Source of the DNA: a virus
Lineage: Duplodnaviria; Caudoviricetes
DNA: 26,164 nucleotides
Virus record (IMG/VR): IMGVR_UViG_3300006127_000086
Coordinates: 1 to 26,164 of that record
Strand: one strand, 5' to 3'
Positions within the stretch are counted from its first letter, which is position 1. Every line of letters starts with the position of its first letter. Positions 1 through 7,732 of the stretch are shown here, piece by piece. The notes beneath the pieces are model-generated. The model saw only the letters and a program-made list of their open reading frames with translations, was not told where the DNA came from and did no database searches. A program made the position numbers and the translations under genes.

Positions 1-138
1 AATGGTTGGGTTAATCTGAAGGCATTTGATAATAATGATGCCGCTGTATCGTTTGCTAATAATGTTGAGAAACAAATACCAGATGATGTGGAAGATGAAT
101 TTGTAGAAATTGAATGCTTTACGGTACGCAGTTGGTAG
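1..138 (+). CDS. 3' part of hypothetical protein (truncated by window), paralog of 922..1098
   Basis: Frame 1 reads NGWVNLKAFDNNDAAVSFANNVEKQIPDDVEDEFVEIECFTVRSW-TAG, matching NGYVNLKAF...KQIPDNVEDEFVEIE in 922..1098. Confidence 0.85.
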   Translation, partial: NGWVNLKAFDNNDAAVSFANNVEKQIPDDVEDEFVEIECFTVRSW

Positions 139-150
139 TAAAATATAATG

Positions 151-213
151 GTGTTGTTTCGGTACAACACATTATAAAGAATGCTTGTGGTTTTTGCAGG
201 CATCCTTTATAAT
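151..213 (+). promoter_or_regulatory. Early sigma70-like promoter with upstream palindrome
   Basis: GTGTTG-tttcggta-CAACAC (151-170); TTGTGG (185-190), 17 bp spacer, TATAAT (208-213). Confidence 0.75.
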
Positions 214-267
214 GGTACATTATTGATTATAAAGAGTTTTCAAAGTAAAACACAAAAAAGAGGATTT

Positions 268-552
268 ATGTTGAAATTTACTGGAGTTGCAAAAGTTGGT
301 GATATTATCCGTGCCTATGATTTTAAACCAATGGCAGGTCGTGACGATGCATTTATTGAAGGTGTTGTAATTGATGCCGACAATATGGAAGGTGGTTACA
401 AAGCATTTAAGATTGAGGTTACAGCAGATAAATTTAAAAAATACGAAACAAAACCAAAGAAAACCAATCGTGTTGGTGCCTTAATGTATGTACCACATGA
501 AACAGGTTTTATGGAATTTGATTTTAGAGTGGTAAATCTTAGTAAAGTATAA
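268..552 (+). CDS. hypothetical phage protein
   Basis: ATG at 268 follows an AGAGGA RBS; the track start at 181 lies inside the promoter. Confidence 0.8.
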   Translation: MLKFTGVAKVGDIIRAYDFKPMAGRDDAFIEGVVIDADNMEGGYKAFKIEVTADKFKKYETKPKKTNRVGALMYVPHETGFMEFDFRVVNLSKV

Positions 553-607
553 TGGTTGAATGTGGCATTCTGTCGGATATAAGACCACATCTTTTTAGGA
601 ATATATT

Positions 608-925
608 ATGAATTTAAACTACAAACAAAAAGAAGATTTAATGCAGATGATATTTGCAAAGTGGCAGGCACCTGCAGGCTTTCGCTCATCATACAAAGGT
701 GTACCGATGGACAATTATGATGGTATCAAGCAGTTTATTGATTTTACCAAGTATTATGTAATGTTCCGTGGTCCTAGACCACAACCAGGTTTTAAAGGTT
801 CTACTCGTAAGCGTTATGCTCATTCATTTGATGTATATCAGCGTAGCCGCCGTGATACTGATTTAATTAGGACTGAGCGTGAGGCATTTTTGCGTGGCGT
901 TCAATGGGCAAAGGAAAATGTATGA
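608..925 (+). CDS. hypothetical phage protein
   Basis: AGGA RBS, 105 aa ORF, coupled to next gene. Confidence 0.8.
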   Translation: MNLNYKQKEDLMQMIFAKWQAPAGFRSSYKGVPMDNYDGIKQFIDFTKYYVMFRGPRPQPGFKGSTRKRYAHSFDVYQRSRRDTDLIRTEREAFLRGVQWAKENV

Positions 926-1098
926 AAACTGTTTATATTGTAAAATCTTTCGGTCCTGAAAATGGTTATGTTAATCTAAAAGCATTTGCTGAATTAAGTG
1001 ATGCTGAAAGCTATCAGGCAGTAGTATCAAAACAAATTCCCGATAATGTTGAAGATGAATTTGTTGAAATTGAAGAATTATTAGTTGATTACGGTTAA
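922..1098 (+). CDS. hypothetical protein (paralog of 1..138)
   Basis: AAGGA RBS, ATGA overlap with upstream gene, internal paralogy. Confidence 0.8.
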   Translation: MKTVYIVKSFGPENGYVNLKAFAELSDAESYQAVVSKQIPDNVEDEFVEIEELLVDYG

Positions 1099-1113
1099 TA
1101 GGAGTCATTGATT

Positions 1114-1434
1114 ATGGATTTTAAAGATTTTGATATTTGTGTGCAGGAGTATGTTGAACATTTGCAAAAAGATTATGATAGTAAAGGTACCAATCAATTC
1201 ATAGAGTTTACCTATGAGTATGGTCGCAAATATGTCCATGTGATTATGAAGCATATTGGTGAGTTTAGTATTGGTCAGCGTTCTTCTCATTCATGGATTA
1301 TGATGGATGATGATAAGAAGTTTAAGCGTGGTGATATATTAAAGTCAGCAACATGGCGTGGTCCCGCTCGTAACTTTTCTCGTGGTAATATTATTTGTGG
1401 TGGTTTTAATCATATTAAATGGGCAGGCGTATGA
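1114..1434 (+). CDS. conserved-looking hypothetical phage protein
   Basis: GGAG RBS; GRKY...GDILKSATWRGPARNFSRGNI pattern typical of phage early proteins. Confidence 0.8.
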   Translation: MDFKDFDICVQEYVEHLQKDYDSKGTNQFIEFTYEYGRKYVHVIMKHIGEFSIGQRSSHSWIMMDDDKKFKRGDILKSATWRGPARNFSRGNIICGGFNHIKWAGV

Positions 1435-1622
1435 GCATAATGATTGAACGATTGATTACCGAAATGGTTGATGATTATATGGTATCAATCAAAAAGATGA
1501 AGAAAGCAGAATTATTGCCTTTATTAGAAACACTAATGAAAGATAATCTGCGTGAATGTACCGATGATACAATCATCAGTTTGTATGAAGAACAATTTAA
1601 CACTTATTTGAATGTGAGATAA
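1431..1622 (+). CDS. hypothetical protein
   Basis: ATGA overlap with previous gene, tight packing. Confidence 0.7.
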   Translation: MSIMIERLITEMVDDYMVSIKKMKKAELLPLLETLMKDNLRECTDDTIISLYEEQFNTYLNVR

Positions 1623-1623
1623 T

Positions 1624-2073
1624 ATGGGTACCAGAGCATTAACATTTGTATATGAAGAATGTAAGAGTGGTGAAAAGCCAGAAGCAATTATCAATATGTA
1701 CCGACAGTTTGATGGTTATCCTGAAGGTCATGGCCAAGAGTTGGCAGAGTTTTTAACTACTGGTACAATGACCAATGGTCTGCGTATGGGTCAAACAGGA
1801 CGATTCTTCAATGGTATGGGTTGTTTAGCTGCACAGTTGGTGTGTAATTTTAAAACAGAAGCAGGACAGTTTTATTTGTATCCTGTAACGGCAGAAGATT
1901 GTGGCCAAGATTTTGAATATCACATTTATAATATTGATGGTAAATTAAAAATCAAAGTATTCTATTGTGGTTGTAATTTCTTTGGTATTAGCGGTAGTGA
2001 CCAACATGATGGTATCTTTGAAGGTAATTTAGAAGAATTTACCGAGTTTTGTAAAGAAAAGGAAGCAGCATGA
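1624..2073 (+). CDS. conserved hypothetical phage protein
   Basis: MGTR...YRQFDGYPEGHG motif common in phage early regions. Confidence 0.85.
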   Translation: MGTRALTFVYEECKSGEKPEAIINMYRQFDGYPEGHGQELAEFLTTGTMTNGLRMGQTGRFFNGMGCLAAQLVCNFKTEAGQFYLYPVTAEDCGQDFEYHIYNIDGKLKIKVFYCGCNFFGISGSDQHDGIFEGNLEEFTEFCKEKEAA

Positions 2074-2252
2074 GTTATGATGCAGATTATGAAAAAGTTT
2101 ACATGGTTGAGTTTGAATCAGGCAGAACCATTCATGTGCAATTCTTTGATGTTGAGGAAGTAAAAGAGTATTGTGCAGATAACCATGCTGGCGATGTTAT
2201 CAAATCAATTTATAAAGAAGTTTATAATTCTTGGGAAGATGAAGAAGAATGA
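2070..2252 (+). CDS. acidic hypothetical protein
   Basis: ATGA overlaps at both ends; very Asp/Glu-rich. Confidence 0.75.
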   Translation: MSYDADYEKVYMVEFESGRTIHVQFFDVEEVKEYCADNHAGDVIKSIYKEVYNSWEDEEE

Positions 2253-2470
2253 ATAGATTACGAGGCACCGAATCAGCCAAAGGCATGAAAGGCATTCTTA
2301 TTCGTGTTGGTGACCGCCATGTGTTTCGTGTATATCGTGAAGATTATACTTTTCTTGATTATGATATATTGCACTATGATTTAGAGATACAAATTTTAGA
2401 CGATGCGGTTTTGTATCGTAGTGAGTTTGGTAATTACCTTGATTATCCACCTATTGATGAAAGTAAATAA
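2249..2470 (+). CDS. hypothetical protein
   Basis: Coupled ORF in operon. Confidence 0.75.
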   Translation: MNRLRGTESAKGMKGILIRVGDRHVFRVYREDYTFLDYDILHYDLEIQILDDAVLYRSEFGNYLDYPPIDESK

Positions 2471-2857
2471 ATGCCAGTAAGATATTCTACCAATTGGATG
2501 GGTGTTATCAATATGCAATGGTATATTGATCGTGGTTTAACCAAAAGAGTAACACGAACACTTACCGAAGATTCTAAATTAACTGGCAGAAAAGCTGGTG
2601 AATCATTTGAGTACAATGAGATTATTCAGGAGTATTCATGCGGCCGTATTGATTGCCATGGTGATGAATATGGTGAAAGTTTGGGACCATATGGTGCAGA
2701 GATTAGTATACCACCAATGACTGACCAAGATTGGGGTAGATTTAGTAATTGGTTGGATACCTTTGAAACTGATGCAATGTGGAAATTCAAAGATATTGTT
2801 GAGTTGTATGAAAGAAAAAATCCAAAAATAACTTGGGCTGAAGGATATGAAGAATGA
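2471..2857 (+). CDS. hypothetical protein
   Basis: Abuts previous stop, 128 aa. Confidence 0.8.
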   Translation: MPVRYSTNWMGVINMQWYIDRGLTKRVTRTLTEDSKLTGRKAGESFEYNEIIQEYSCGRIDCHGDEYGESLGPYGAEISIPPMTDQDWGRFSNWLDTFETDAMWKFKDIVELYERKNPKITWAEGYEE

Positions 2858-2991
2858 ATGATGAAGAATTGGTAGAAATACCAAAATCACAATTTGAATT
2901 TCTTGTATTGAAGGCCAACATAGAGCTTTTACAGAGAGTGAATTATTTGATTGATATGATTGAAGAACAAATTGAGAAGGTAAAAGAATAA
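2854..2991 (+). CDS. small hypothetical protein (45 aa, not in ORF track)
   Basis: MNDEELVEIPKSQFEFLVLKANIELLQRVNYLIDMIEEQIEKVKE; ATGA and TAATG overlaps fill the gap exactly. Confidence 0.7.
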   Translation: MNDEELVEIPKSQFEFLVLKANIELLQRVNYLIDMIEEQIEKVKE

Positions 2992-3392
2992 TGGGTATTA
3001 GTGCGTATAAAGAAATTACAGAATGGGATAATTCGGAGTTTAAAGTACCGAATCATACCTATCTGTTTGATGGTAAGTCCAATATTCTGGCCTATGCCAA
3101 GGCGAGCAATGATGAGTTGGTAATATTGCATAAACCATTACCAATGGACACCCGTAGGCGTAAATTTGTAAAGGTCAAGCATAAAGAACTGGACGCCTAT
3201 GGCGCAACGGTGGTGGTCGATGTACCTAGTCTTGATTCAACGCCTCATTGGTTCGTTAAGAGTGATTCAGGCAAGACCTATACAGTCACCTTAGAATCTG
3301 GTAAGTATACCTGTAATTGCGTAGGGTATGCCTACAGAGGCAAATGTAAGCACTCTGATAGTGTTGCTTCGGAACAACAGATTACAAAATAA
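2991..3392 (+). CDS. SWIM-type zinc finger protein
   Basis: C-terminal YTCNC-x8-CKH (CxC..CxH) preceded by VKSDSGKTYTV. Confidence 0.75.
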   Translation: MGISAYKEITEWDNSEFKVPNHTYLFDGKSNILAYAKASNDELVILHKPLPMDTRRRKFVKVKHKELDAYGATVVVDVPSLDSTPHWFVKSDSGKTYTVTLESGKYTCNCVGYAYRGKCKHSDSVASEQQITK

Positions 3393-3422
3393 ATTTGACT
3401 TATACCGTGGCACCTGTATAAT
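3361..3422 (+). promoter_or_regulatory. Early sigma70-like promoter with upstream palindrome
   Basis: GTGTTG-cttcggaa-CAACAG (3361-3380); TTGACT (3395-3400), 16 bp spacer, TATAAT (3417-3422). Confidence 0.8.
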
Positions 3423-3449
3423 GATACACTTAATTGAGAGGAAAACTAT

Positions 3450-3665
3450 ATGAAATTGCCTTACAAAGATATTTTTATTGGTGAAGTGAGTGAATATATC
3501 ACCAATCCGTTTTCAGGCCAAGGCATTATGTTATCACCTGAAGAAGTTGCTGTGTATGATACATTAAAAGGTTGTGAAATTTTTGGTGATTATGCTGGCT
3601 TGAGAAAAGGTATCAATTGGTTTATTGAGAATAATGCCGAAGCGTATATGATTTTATTGGATTAA
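3450..3665 (+). CDS. hypothetical phage protein
   Basis: GAGG RBS right after promoter; ends EAYMILLD. Confidence 0.85.
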   Translation: MKLPYKDIFIGEVSEYITNPFSGQGIMLSPEEVAVYDTLKGCEIFGDYAGLRKGINWFIENNAEAYMILLD

Positions 3666-3666
3666 T

Positions 3667-3825
3667 ATGGAAAAATATTTTAGTTATTTGAATGTGTTAC
3701 GGGATTCTGGTGTAACCAATATGTTTGGTGCTTCACCGTATTTACAGAATGAATTTGGTTTGAGTAGAGGCGAAGCCAAGAAAGTCTTGGCCGCATGGAT
3801 GAATTCTTTTAAGGAAACAGTATGA
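3667..3825 (+). CDS. small conserved phage protein (52 aa, not in ORF track)
   Basis: MEKYFSYLNVLRDSGVTNMFGASPYLQNEFGLSRGEAKKVLAAWMNSFKETV; ATGA overlap with ATPase. Confidence 0.8.
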   Translation: MEKYFSYLNVLRDSGVTNMFGASPYLQNEFGLSRGEAKKVLAAWMNSFKETV

Positions 3826-4985
3826 ATAAGAATGCAATGGCATTTATTGTAGCGTGTGAAGAACGATTTGGTGATGAGGCAGTTATTACTCGTGATGGTA
3901 TTACTCAAGTTTGTAATGAATCTGGTGCCCCCTATCCATATTGGTTGGTTACCAAGGCACAATATCGTTATGACCGTGGTCAATACAAAGTACCACCATC
4001 TGGTGAAACTAAAATAATTAAAGCAAAAGTGAAACAAGAAGAACCTGAAACAGAAATGGCTTATGCACAACCTGCACAAGTGTTAGAGTTCCGTCAACCA
4101 AAACTGATTGATGAATCTGATTCTGCTGTGCCTGAGAAATACAAAGATTATGTACCATTTGGTTTCTTTAAAGACTTACGCAATATCGTATCATCTAAGA
4201 CATTCTATCCTGTATTCATTACTGGTTTATCTGGTAATGGTAAGACCTTGATGGTTGAGCAAGTGTGTGCTGAATTAGGTCGTGAGTGTATTCGTGTGAA
4301 TATTTCTATCGAAACTGATGAAACCGATTTACTTGGTGGTCCTACATTGGTCAATGGTAATGTGGTCAATCGTGATGGTCCTGTATTACAGGCGATGAAG
4401 CGTGGCGCAGTTCTATTGATTGACGAGGTAGACCGTGGCTCTAATAAGTTGATGTGTTTGCAAGGCATTATGGAAGGCAAACCTCACTACAATAAAAAAT
4501 CTGGTGAGATGGTACAACCAAAAGATGGTTTCACCATCATTGCGACCGCCAACACCAAAGGTCGTGGTAGTGATGAAGGCAAATATCTTTCACAGATTCT
4601 TGATGATGCTTTCTTAGAACGATTCCCAATTACGGTAGAACAGGAATATCCTGATGCCAAGACTGAGAAAAAGATTCTATCACCATTGCTTGATGATAAG
4701 GATTTTGTTGAGAATTTATGCCAATGGGCAGATGTGGTTCGTAAATCATATGATGAAGGTGCTACTGATGAGATTATCTCCACTCGCCGATTGGTACATA
4801 TTGCCAGAGCATTTGGTATTTTCAAAGATAGAATGAAAGCAATCACCTTGTGTGTGAATCGTTTTGATGAAGAAACCAAATTGGCATTCCTTGATTTGTA
4901 TTCTAAAGTTGATGCATCGGTAGAATCGCCTGCCAATACTGCTACCAGTTTGGCTGAGACTACTAATGTTAAAATACCATTATAA
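3822..4985 (+). CDS. CobS/MoxR/CbbQ-like AAA+ ATPase of T4-like phages
   Basis: Walker A GLSGNGKT, Walker B LLIDEVD, ATANTKG sensor, LDDAFLERF Arg finger, STRRL sensor 2. Confidence 0.9.
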   Translation: MNKNAMAFIVACEERFGDEAVITRDGITQVCNESGAPYPYWLVTKAQYRYDRGQYKVPPSGETKIIKAKVKQEEPETEMAYAQPAQVLEFRQPKLIDESDSAVPEKYKDYVPFGFFKDLRNIVSSKTFYPVFITGLSGNGKTLMVEQVCAELGRECIRVNISIETDETDLLGGPTLVNGNVVNRDGPVLQAMKRGAVLLIDEVDRGSNKLMCLQGIMEGKPHYNKKSGEMVQPKDGFTIIATANTKGRGSDEGKYLSQILDDAFLERFPITVEQEYPDAKTEKKILSPLLDDKDFVENLCQWADVVRKSYDEGATDEIISTRRLVHIARAFGIFKDRMKAITLCVNRFDEETKLAFLDLYSKVDASVESPANTATSLAETTNVKIPL

Positions 4986-5009
4986 TTATGGTAAATATGG
5001 CAAAAATGG

Positions 5010-5038
5010 TTGCCAACCAACCATTGATTGTGTATAAT
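5010..5038 (+). promoter_or_regulatory. sigma70-like promoter
   Basis: TTGCCA (5010-5015), 17 bp spacer, TATAAT (5033-5038), intergenic. Confidence 0.7.
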
Positions 5039-5097
5039 CGGTGCTGTAGCGGTATGATGTTTTTTTATATTATGTTTAATTTGATAGGAGTATTACA

Positions 5098-5418
5098 ATG
5101 GCTTTAACAGTTCGCAAAGGTAAAATCAATCGGCACGAAAAGATTACCCAAGTATTATTAAGTGGCAAACCAGTATCACCTGCAGAAATCTCTGCTGTAT
5201 TTGAAGGCACAGACCAAGCAGCAGTATTGTATCGCTTGAGTACCAACATTTATAATATTCGTAAAGATGGTGGTATTGTAAAAGTAATTAAGGATGGTCG
5301 TAAAGTTCAAGCATACCAATTGGTTAACCATACTGAGTTTGATGTGAATGGCCGTTACCAAGGTCCAGTTAAGACTGCACCATTGGTTAAATCTACACAA
5401 GAAGCAGTAACAGCTTAA
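5098..5418 (+). CDS. putative winged helix-turn-helix DNA-binding protein
   Basis: AGGAG RBS; LLSGKPVSPAEI...RLSTNIYNIRKDGGIV...YQLV resembles a winged-HTH pattern. Confidence 0.6.
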   Translation: MALTVRKGKINRHEKITQVLLSGKPVSPAEISAVFEGTDQAAVLYRLSTNIYNIRKDGGIVKVIKDGRKVQAYQLVNHTEFDVNGRYQGPVKTAPLVKSTQEAVTA

Positions 5419-5424
5419 TCTTTA

Positions 5425-5465
5425 GTCACCGCATGCTCGTTGTGAAACGCCAGTAAGTCGGTGAC
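5425..5465 (+). ncRNA. candidate structured RNA element (GNRA-capped hairpin)
   Basis: GTCACCG/CGGTGAC outer stem, TGCT/AGTA middle stem, CGTT-GTGA-AACG tetraloop hairpin; GC-rich in AT-rich context; no U-tract. Confidence 0.4.
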
Positions 5466-5474
5466 ACCACTATT

Positions 5475-5561
5475 ATGAAAACTTTAATCGTTGGTATTAT
5501 CTTATTGTGTTTAATTGCCTATGTGGCAAATAAATTTATTAAAATTAAAATGAAGGATTGA
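5475..5561 (+). CDS. small single-TM peptide (28 aa)
   Basis: MKTLIVGIILLCLIAYVANKFIKIKMKD. Confidence 0.5.
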   Translation: MKTLIVGIILLCLIAYVANKFIKIKMKD

Positions 5562-5563
5562 TC

Positions 5564-5935
5564 ATGAATGATGTGGATGAAATTATGAAAAATAAATTTG
5601 ATATGTCGGATAGGTTTGATTTCGAAGAACAATTAACCCGTTGTTGGTGTATTGTTGATGAATTAAAAGACCTTGATGAAGGCCTCTTTGAAGGTTGGTT
5701 AGATTTTAGTAAAGATAAAGTTTCTACTCATATTCTTGGTATTGCAGAAGCATATGATGTGAAATTTCATAAGTTATGGCATTTATTTGAAACTGTATTC
5801 ATGAATATGGTTCGTGAAAATAAAATGTTGAACGAAGAATGTGCTGCATTGCGTGAGCAATTACAACAATCCAATCCTGATGCACATGGTTATGGTATTG
5901 CGGCAATTAAACCCAATAAGAAAGATAAGAAATGA
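5564..5935 (+). CDS. hypothetical protein
   Basis: AAGGA RBS; DRFDFEEQLTRCW pattern; start uncertain. Confidence 0.8.
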   Translation: MNDVDEIMKNKFDMSDRFDFEEQLTRCWCIVDELKDLDEGLFEGWLDFSKDKVSTHILGIAEAYDVKFHKLWHLFETVFMNMVRENKMLNEECAALREQLQQSNPDAHGYGIAAIKPNKKDKK

Positions 5936-6150
5936 AATATATTGCTAAACCAAGTTTGTTTAATAATAAAGGTTTGAAAGAGTTTAGTGATGCTCGTGAA
6001 GCTGTCCTATACTTGAATAAGGTGCTGTCGGATAACGAAGTGAATCCTGAGTTGGACTATGTGTTTATTGCACCTAAGGCGTCTCCTAAGCAGTTAAAGC
6101 ATGCGATTGAGGAGTATGTTGGTATTGGTAAGTTGGTTTGTGTCGCTTAA
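5932..6150 (+). CDS. hypothetical protein
   Basis: ATGA overlap. Confidence 0.75.
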   Translation: MKYIAKPSLFNNKGLKEFSDAREAVLYLNKVLSDNEVNPELDYVFIAPKASPKQLKHAIEEYVGIGKLVCVA

Positions 6151-6192
6151 AAACAACACATGGCTTGTGCTGGTCCGTGGTTGTGTTATAAT
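6140..6192 (+). promoter_or_regulatory. Early sigma70-like promoter with upstream palindrome
   Basis: GTGTCG-cttaaaaa-CAACAC (6140-6159); TTGTGC (6165-6170), 16 bp spacer, TGn-TATAAT (6187-6192). Confidence 0.7.
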
Positions 6193-6219
6193 GAAATCTT
6201 AATTGGTGAGGAGTTTTTT

Positions 6220-6360
6220 ATGGATCATATTAGTCGTGAAGAAATTATTACAATGTTATCATTTAAAGGTTTTACTACTGATGCATTGATTAAGAAGTCT
6301 GATGAAGAATTGGACAATTTGTATATTGAATATATTGTATTGGCGGAAGATTATGTTTAA
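6220..6360 (+). CDS. small hypothetical protein
   Basis: GAGGAG RBS before ATG 6220; the track start lies inside the promoter. Confidence 0.75.
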   Translation: MDHISREEIITMLSFKGFTTDALIKKSDEELDNLYIEYIVLAEDYV

Positions 6361-6487
6361 TTTTATTGCTGGTGTTATTTTAGGTTATTTGGTTGCTAGT
6401 GTTGGATTTACTGGTATTGCTCAGGCATTGGATAAAACTGTTGATACTGTTAAAACTATTTCAGTTAAAGTGGATACGGGTAAATGA
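6353..6487 (+). CDS. small membrane protein
   Basis: MFNFIAGVILGYLVASVGFTGIAQALD hydrophobic N-terminus. Confidence 0.7.
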   Translation: MFNFIAGVILGYLVASVGFTGIAQALDKTVDTVKTISVKVDTGK

Positions 6488-6663
6488 ATTATAAACCATT
6501 ACCTCTCAATGTTCGTAATCTAAGAGATATTATGATTACAATACATTTAAATCATTTGCATAGCGTTCAATTGGATATGATTGATGAGGCAGTAGAAAAG
6601 TCTGATATGAAAGATGCAAAAGAAGTAATTAAGTATATTATGGAGAAAAAAAGTGAAAGTTAA
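6484..6663 (+). CDS. hypothetical protein (59 aa, not in ORF track)
   Basis: MNYKPLPLNVRNLRDIMITIHLNHLHSVQLDMIDEAVEKSDMKDAKEVIKYIMEKKSES; ATGA overlap. Confidence 0.65.
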   Translation: MNYKPLPLNVRNLRDIMITIHLNHLHSVQLDMIDEAVEKSDMKDAKEVIKYIMEKKSES

Positions 6664-6892
6664 ACTGTTGGTCGTGGCATGTGTATTAATGATGCCAGCC
6701 TGTTCATCTGCGCCTGTTTATAAAGTAAAAGGTTATGATGGTCCTGAGGTCATGAGTCGCAATGAAGTAATCAATGCGGGTCGTGAATGTCTCCGTGCTA
6801 AGATGAGACCTACTACCGAATATGTGGCACAAAAGGTAGAAACTGGTGGTAAGGTATTGGTGCCTGTTGATGTTCGTTGCGATGCTTACTAA
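6653..6892 (+). CDS. putative lipoprotein
   Basis: GTG start after GGAG; K-rich n-region, hydrophobic h-region, ACSS lipobox-like Cys. Confidence 0.65.
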   Translation: MKVKLLVVACVLMMPACSSAPVYKVKGYDGPEVMSRNEVINAGRECLRAKMRPTTEYVAQKVETGGKVLVPVDVRCDAY

Positions 6893-6894
6893 TC

Positions 6895-7221
6895 ATGAAT
6901 ATTATTGATATGTTGTCCTCTGTTGGTATTACTCCAACGGTATTACAATTATTAATTGTTGGAATCTTTTTCACACTTATTGTTGGATTGATTCTATTGA
7001 CCTATTGGAAACAAATTCTACTAGGCATCGGTGTTGCTGGTTGTTTATTTGTATTCTCTATGCCATCCGCCAAGACCGTGGATTCACCTGAGGTAAAAGC
7101 TGTGAGTTCAGCTGAGGTAGCACCACCTGAGTTTATTGAAGATTGTATTCGTTTGAATGATAATGCAACCAAATCAAGTTGCGAGAAGATGTGGAAAGAA
7201 GATGGTAATGGCAACAATTGA
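6895..7221 (+). CDS. membrane protein (2 TM) with C-terminal Cys pair
   Basis: Two hydrophobic segments, then EFIEDC...SCEKMW. Confidence 0.75.
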   Translation: MNIIDMLSSVGITPTVLQLLIVGIFFTLIVGLILLTYWKQILLGIGVAGCLFVFSMPSAKTVDSPEVKAVSSAEVAPPEFIEDCIRLNDNATKSSCEKMWKEDGNGNN

Positions 7222-7441
7222 AGAAGATAAAATGCTGGCAGACCTATCGGAAGATATTGATATAGCCTTGTTAAAATGGATGAATACATATGAGGTGCCA
7301 GCATTAAATTTGACCGCAGTTATATTGGCACGATTAACATGGTTGTCCAAACAAGGTCATTATGAATCAGATTTTATTGAACTCCTAAAAGCTCCTGAAC
7401 AGATATTAACACAAGAAGAAAACAAGGATACTTTACATTGA
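7208..7441 (+). CDS. hypothetical protein
   Basis: Operon packing; start uncertain. Confidence 0.7.
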   Translation: MATIEEDKMLADLSEDIDIALLKWMNTYEVPALNLTAVILARLTWLSKQGHYESDFIELLKAPEQILTQEENKDTLH

Positions 7442-7731
7442 AAATTGTAATTAACTCTTGCCACGGCGGATTTAGTTTATCTGAAAAGGCACAAAAACTA
7501 TTTTGCCAATACTCCATGATTGAATGGAAAGATTGGCAAGAAGATTGGTCTTATTATGATATTGAACGTAATGACCAATATTTAGTTCGTGTGATAGAAG
7601 AATTAGGCGATGATGCCAATGGTAGATTTTCAGAGTTAAAAGTAGTAAATATTCCCGATGAAGTAGAATGGCAGATTGAAGAATATGATGGCCTAGAATG
7701 GGTTGCAGAAAAACATAGAATATGGAATTAA
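7438..7731 (+). CDS. conserved hypothetical phage protein
   Basis: TTG start after AAGGA; KIVINSCHGGFSLS...IEEYDGLEWVAEKHR pattern. Confidence 0.8.
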   Translation: MKIVINSCHGGFSLSEKAQKLFCQYSMIEWKDWQEDWSYYDIERNDQYLVRVIEELGDDANGRFSELKVVNIPDEVEWQIEEYDGLEWVAEKHRIWN

Positions 7732-7732
7732 A

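Noticed and set aside
3822-4985. Cobalamin biosynthesis role for the CobS-like ATPase
   Set aside because: No other cob genes are present; this family is common in T4-like phages and better described as a MoxR-type AAA+ chaperone.
3684-5020. Minus-strand ORFs 3684..4079, 4205..4480 and 4487..5020 (and similar shadow ORFs elsewhere)
   Set aside because: Antisense shadows of well-supported + strand genes, with no RBS or recognisable motifs.
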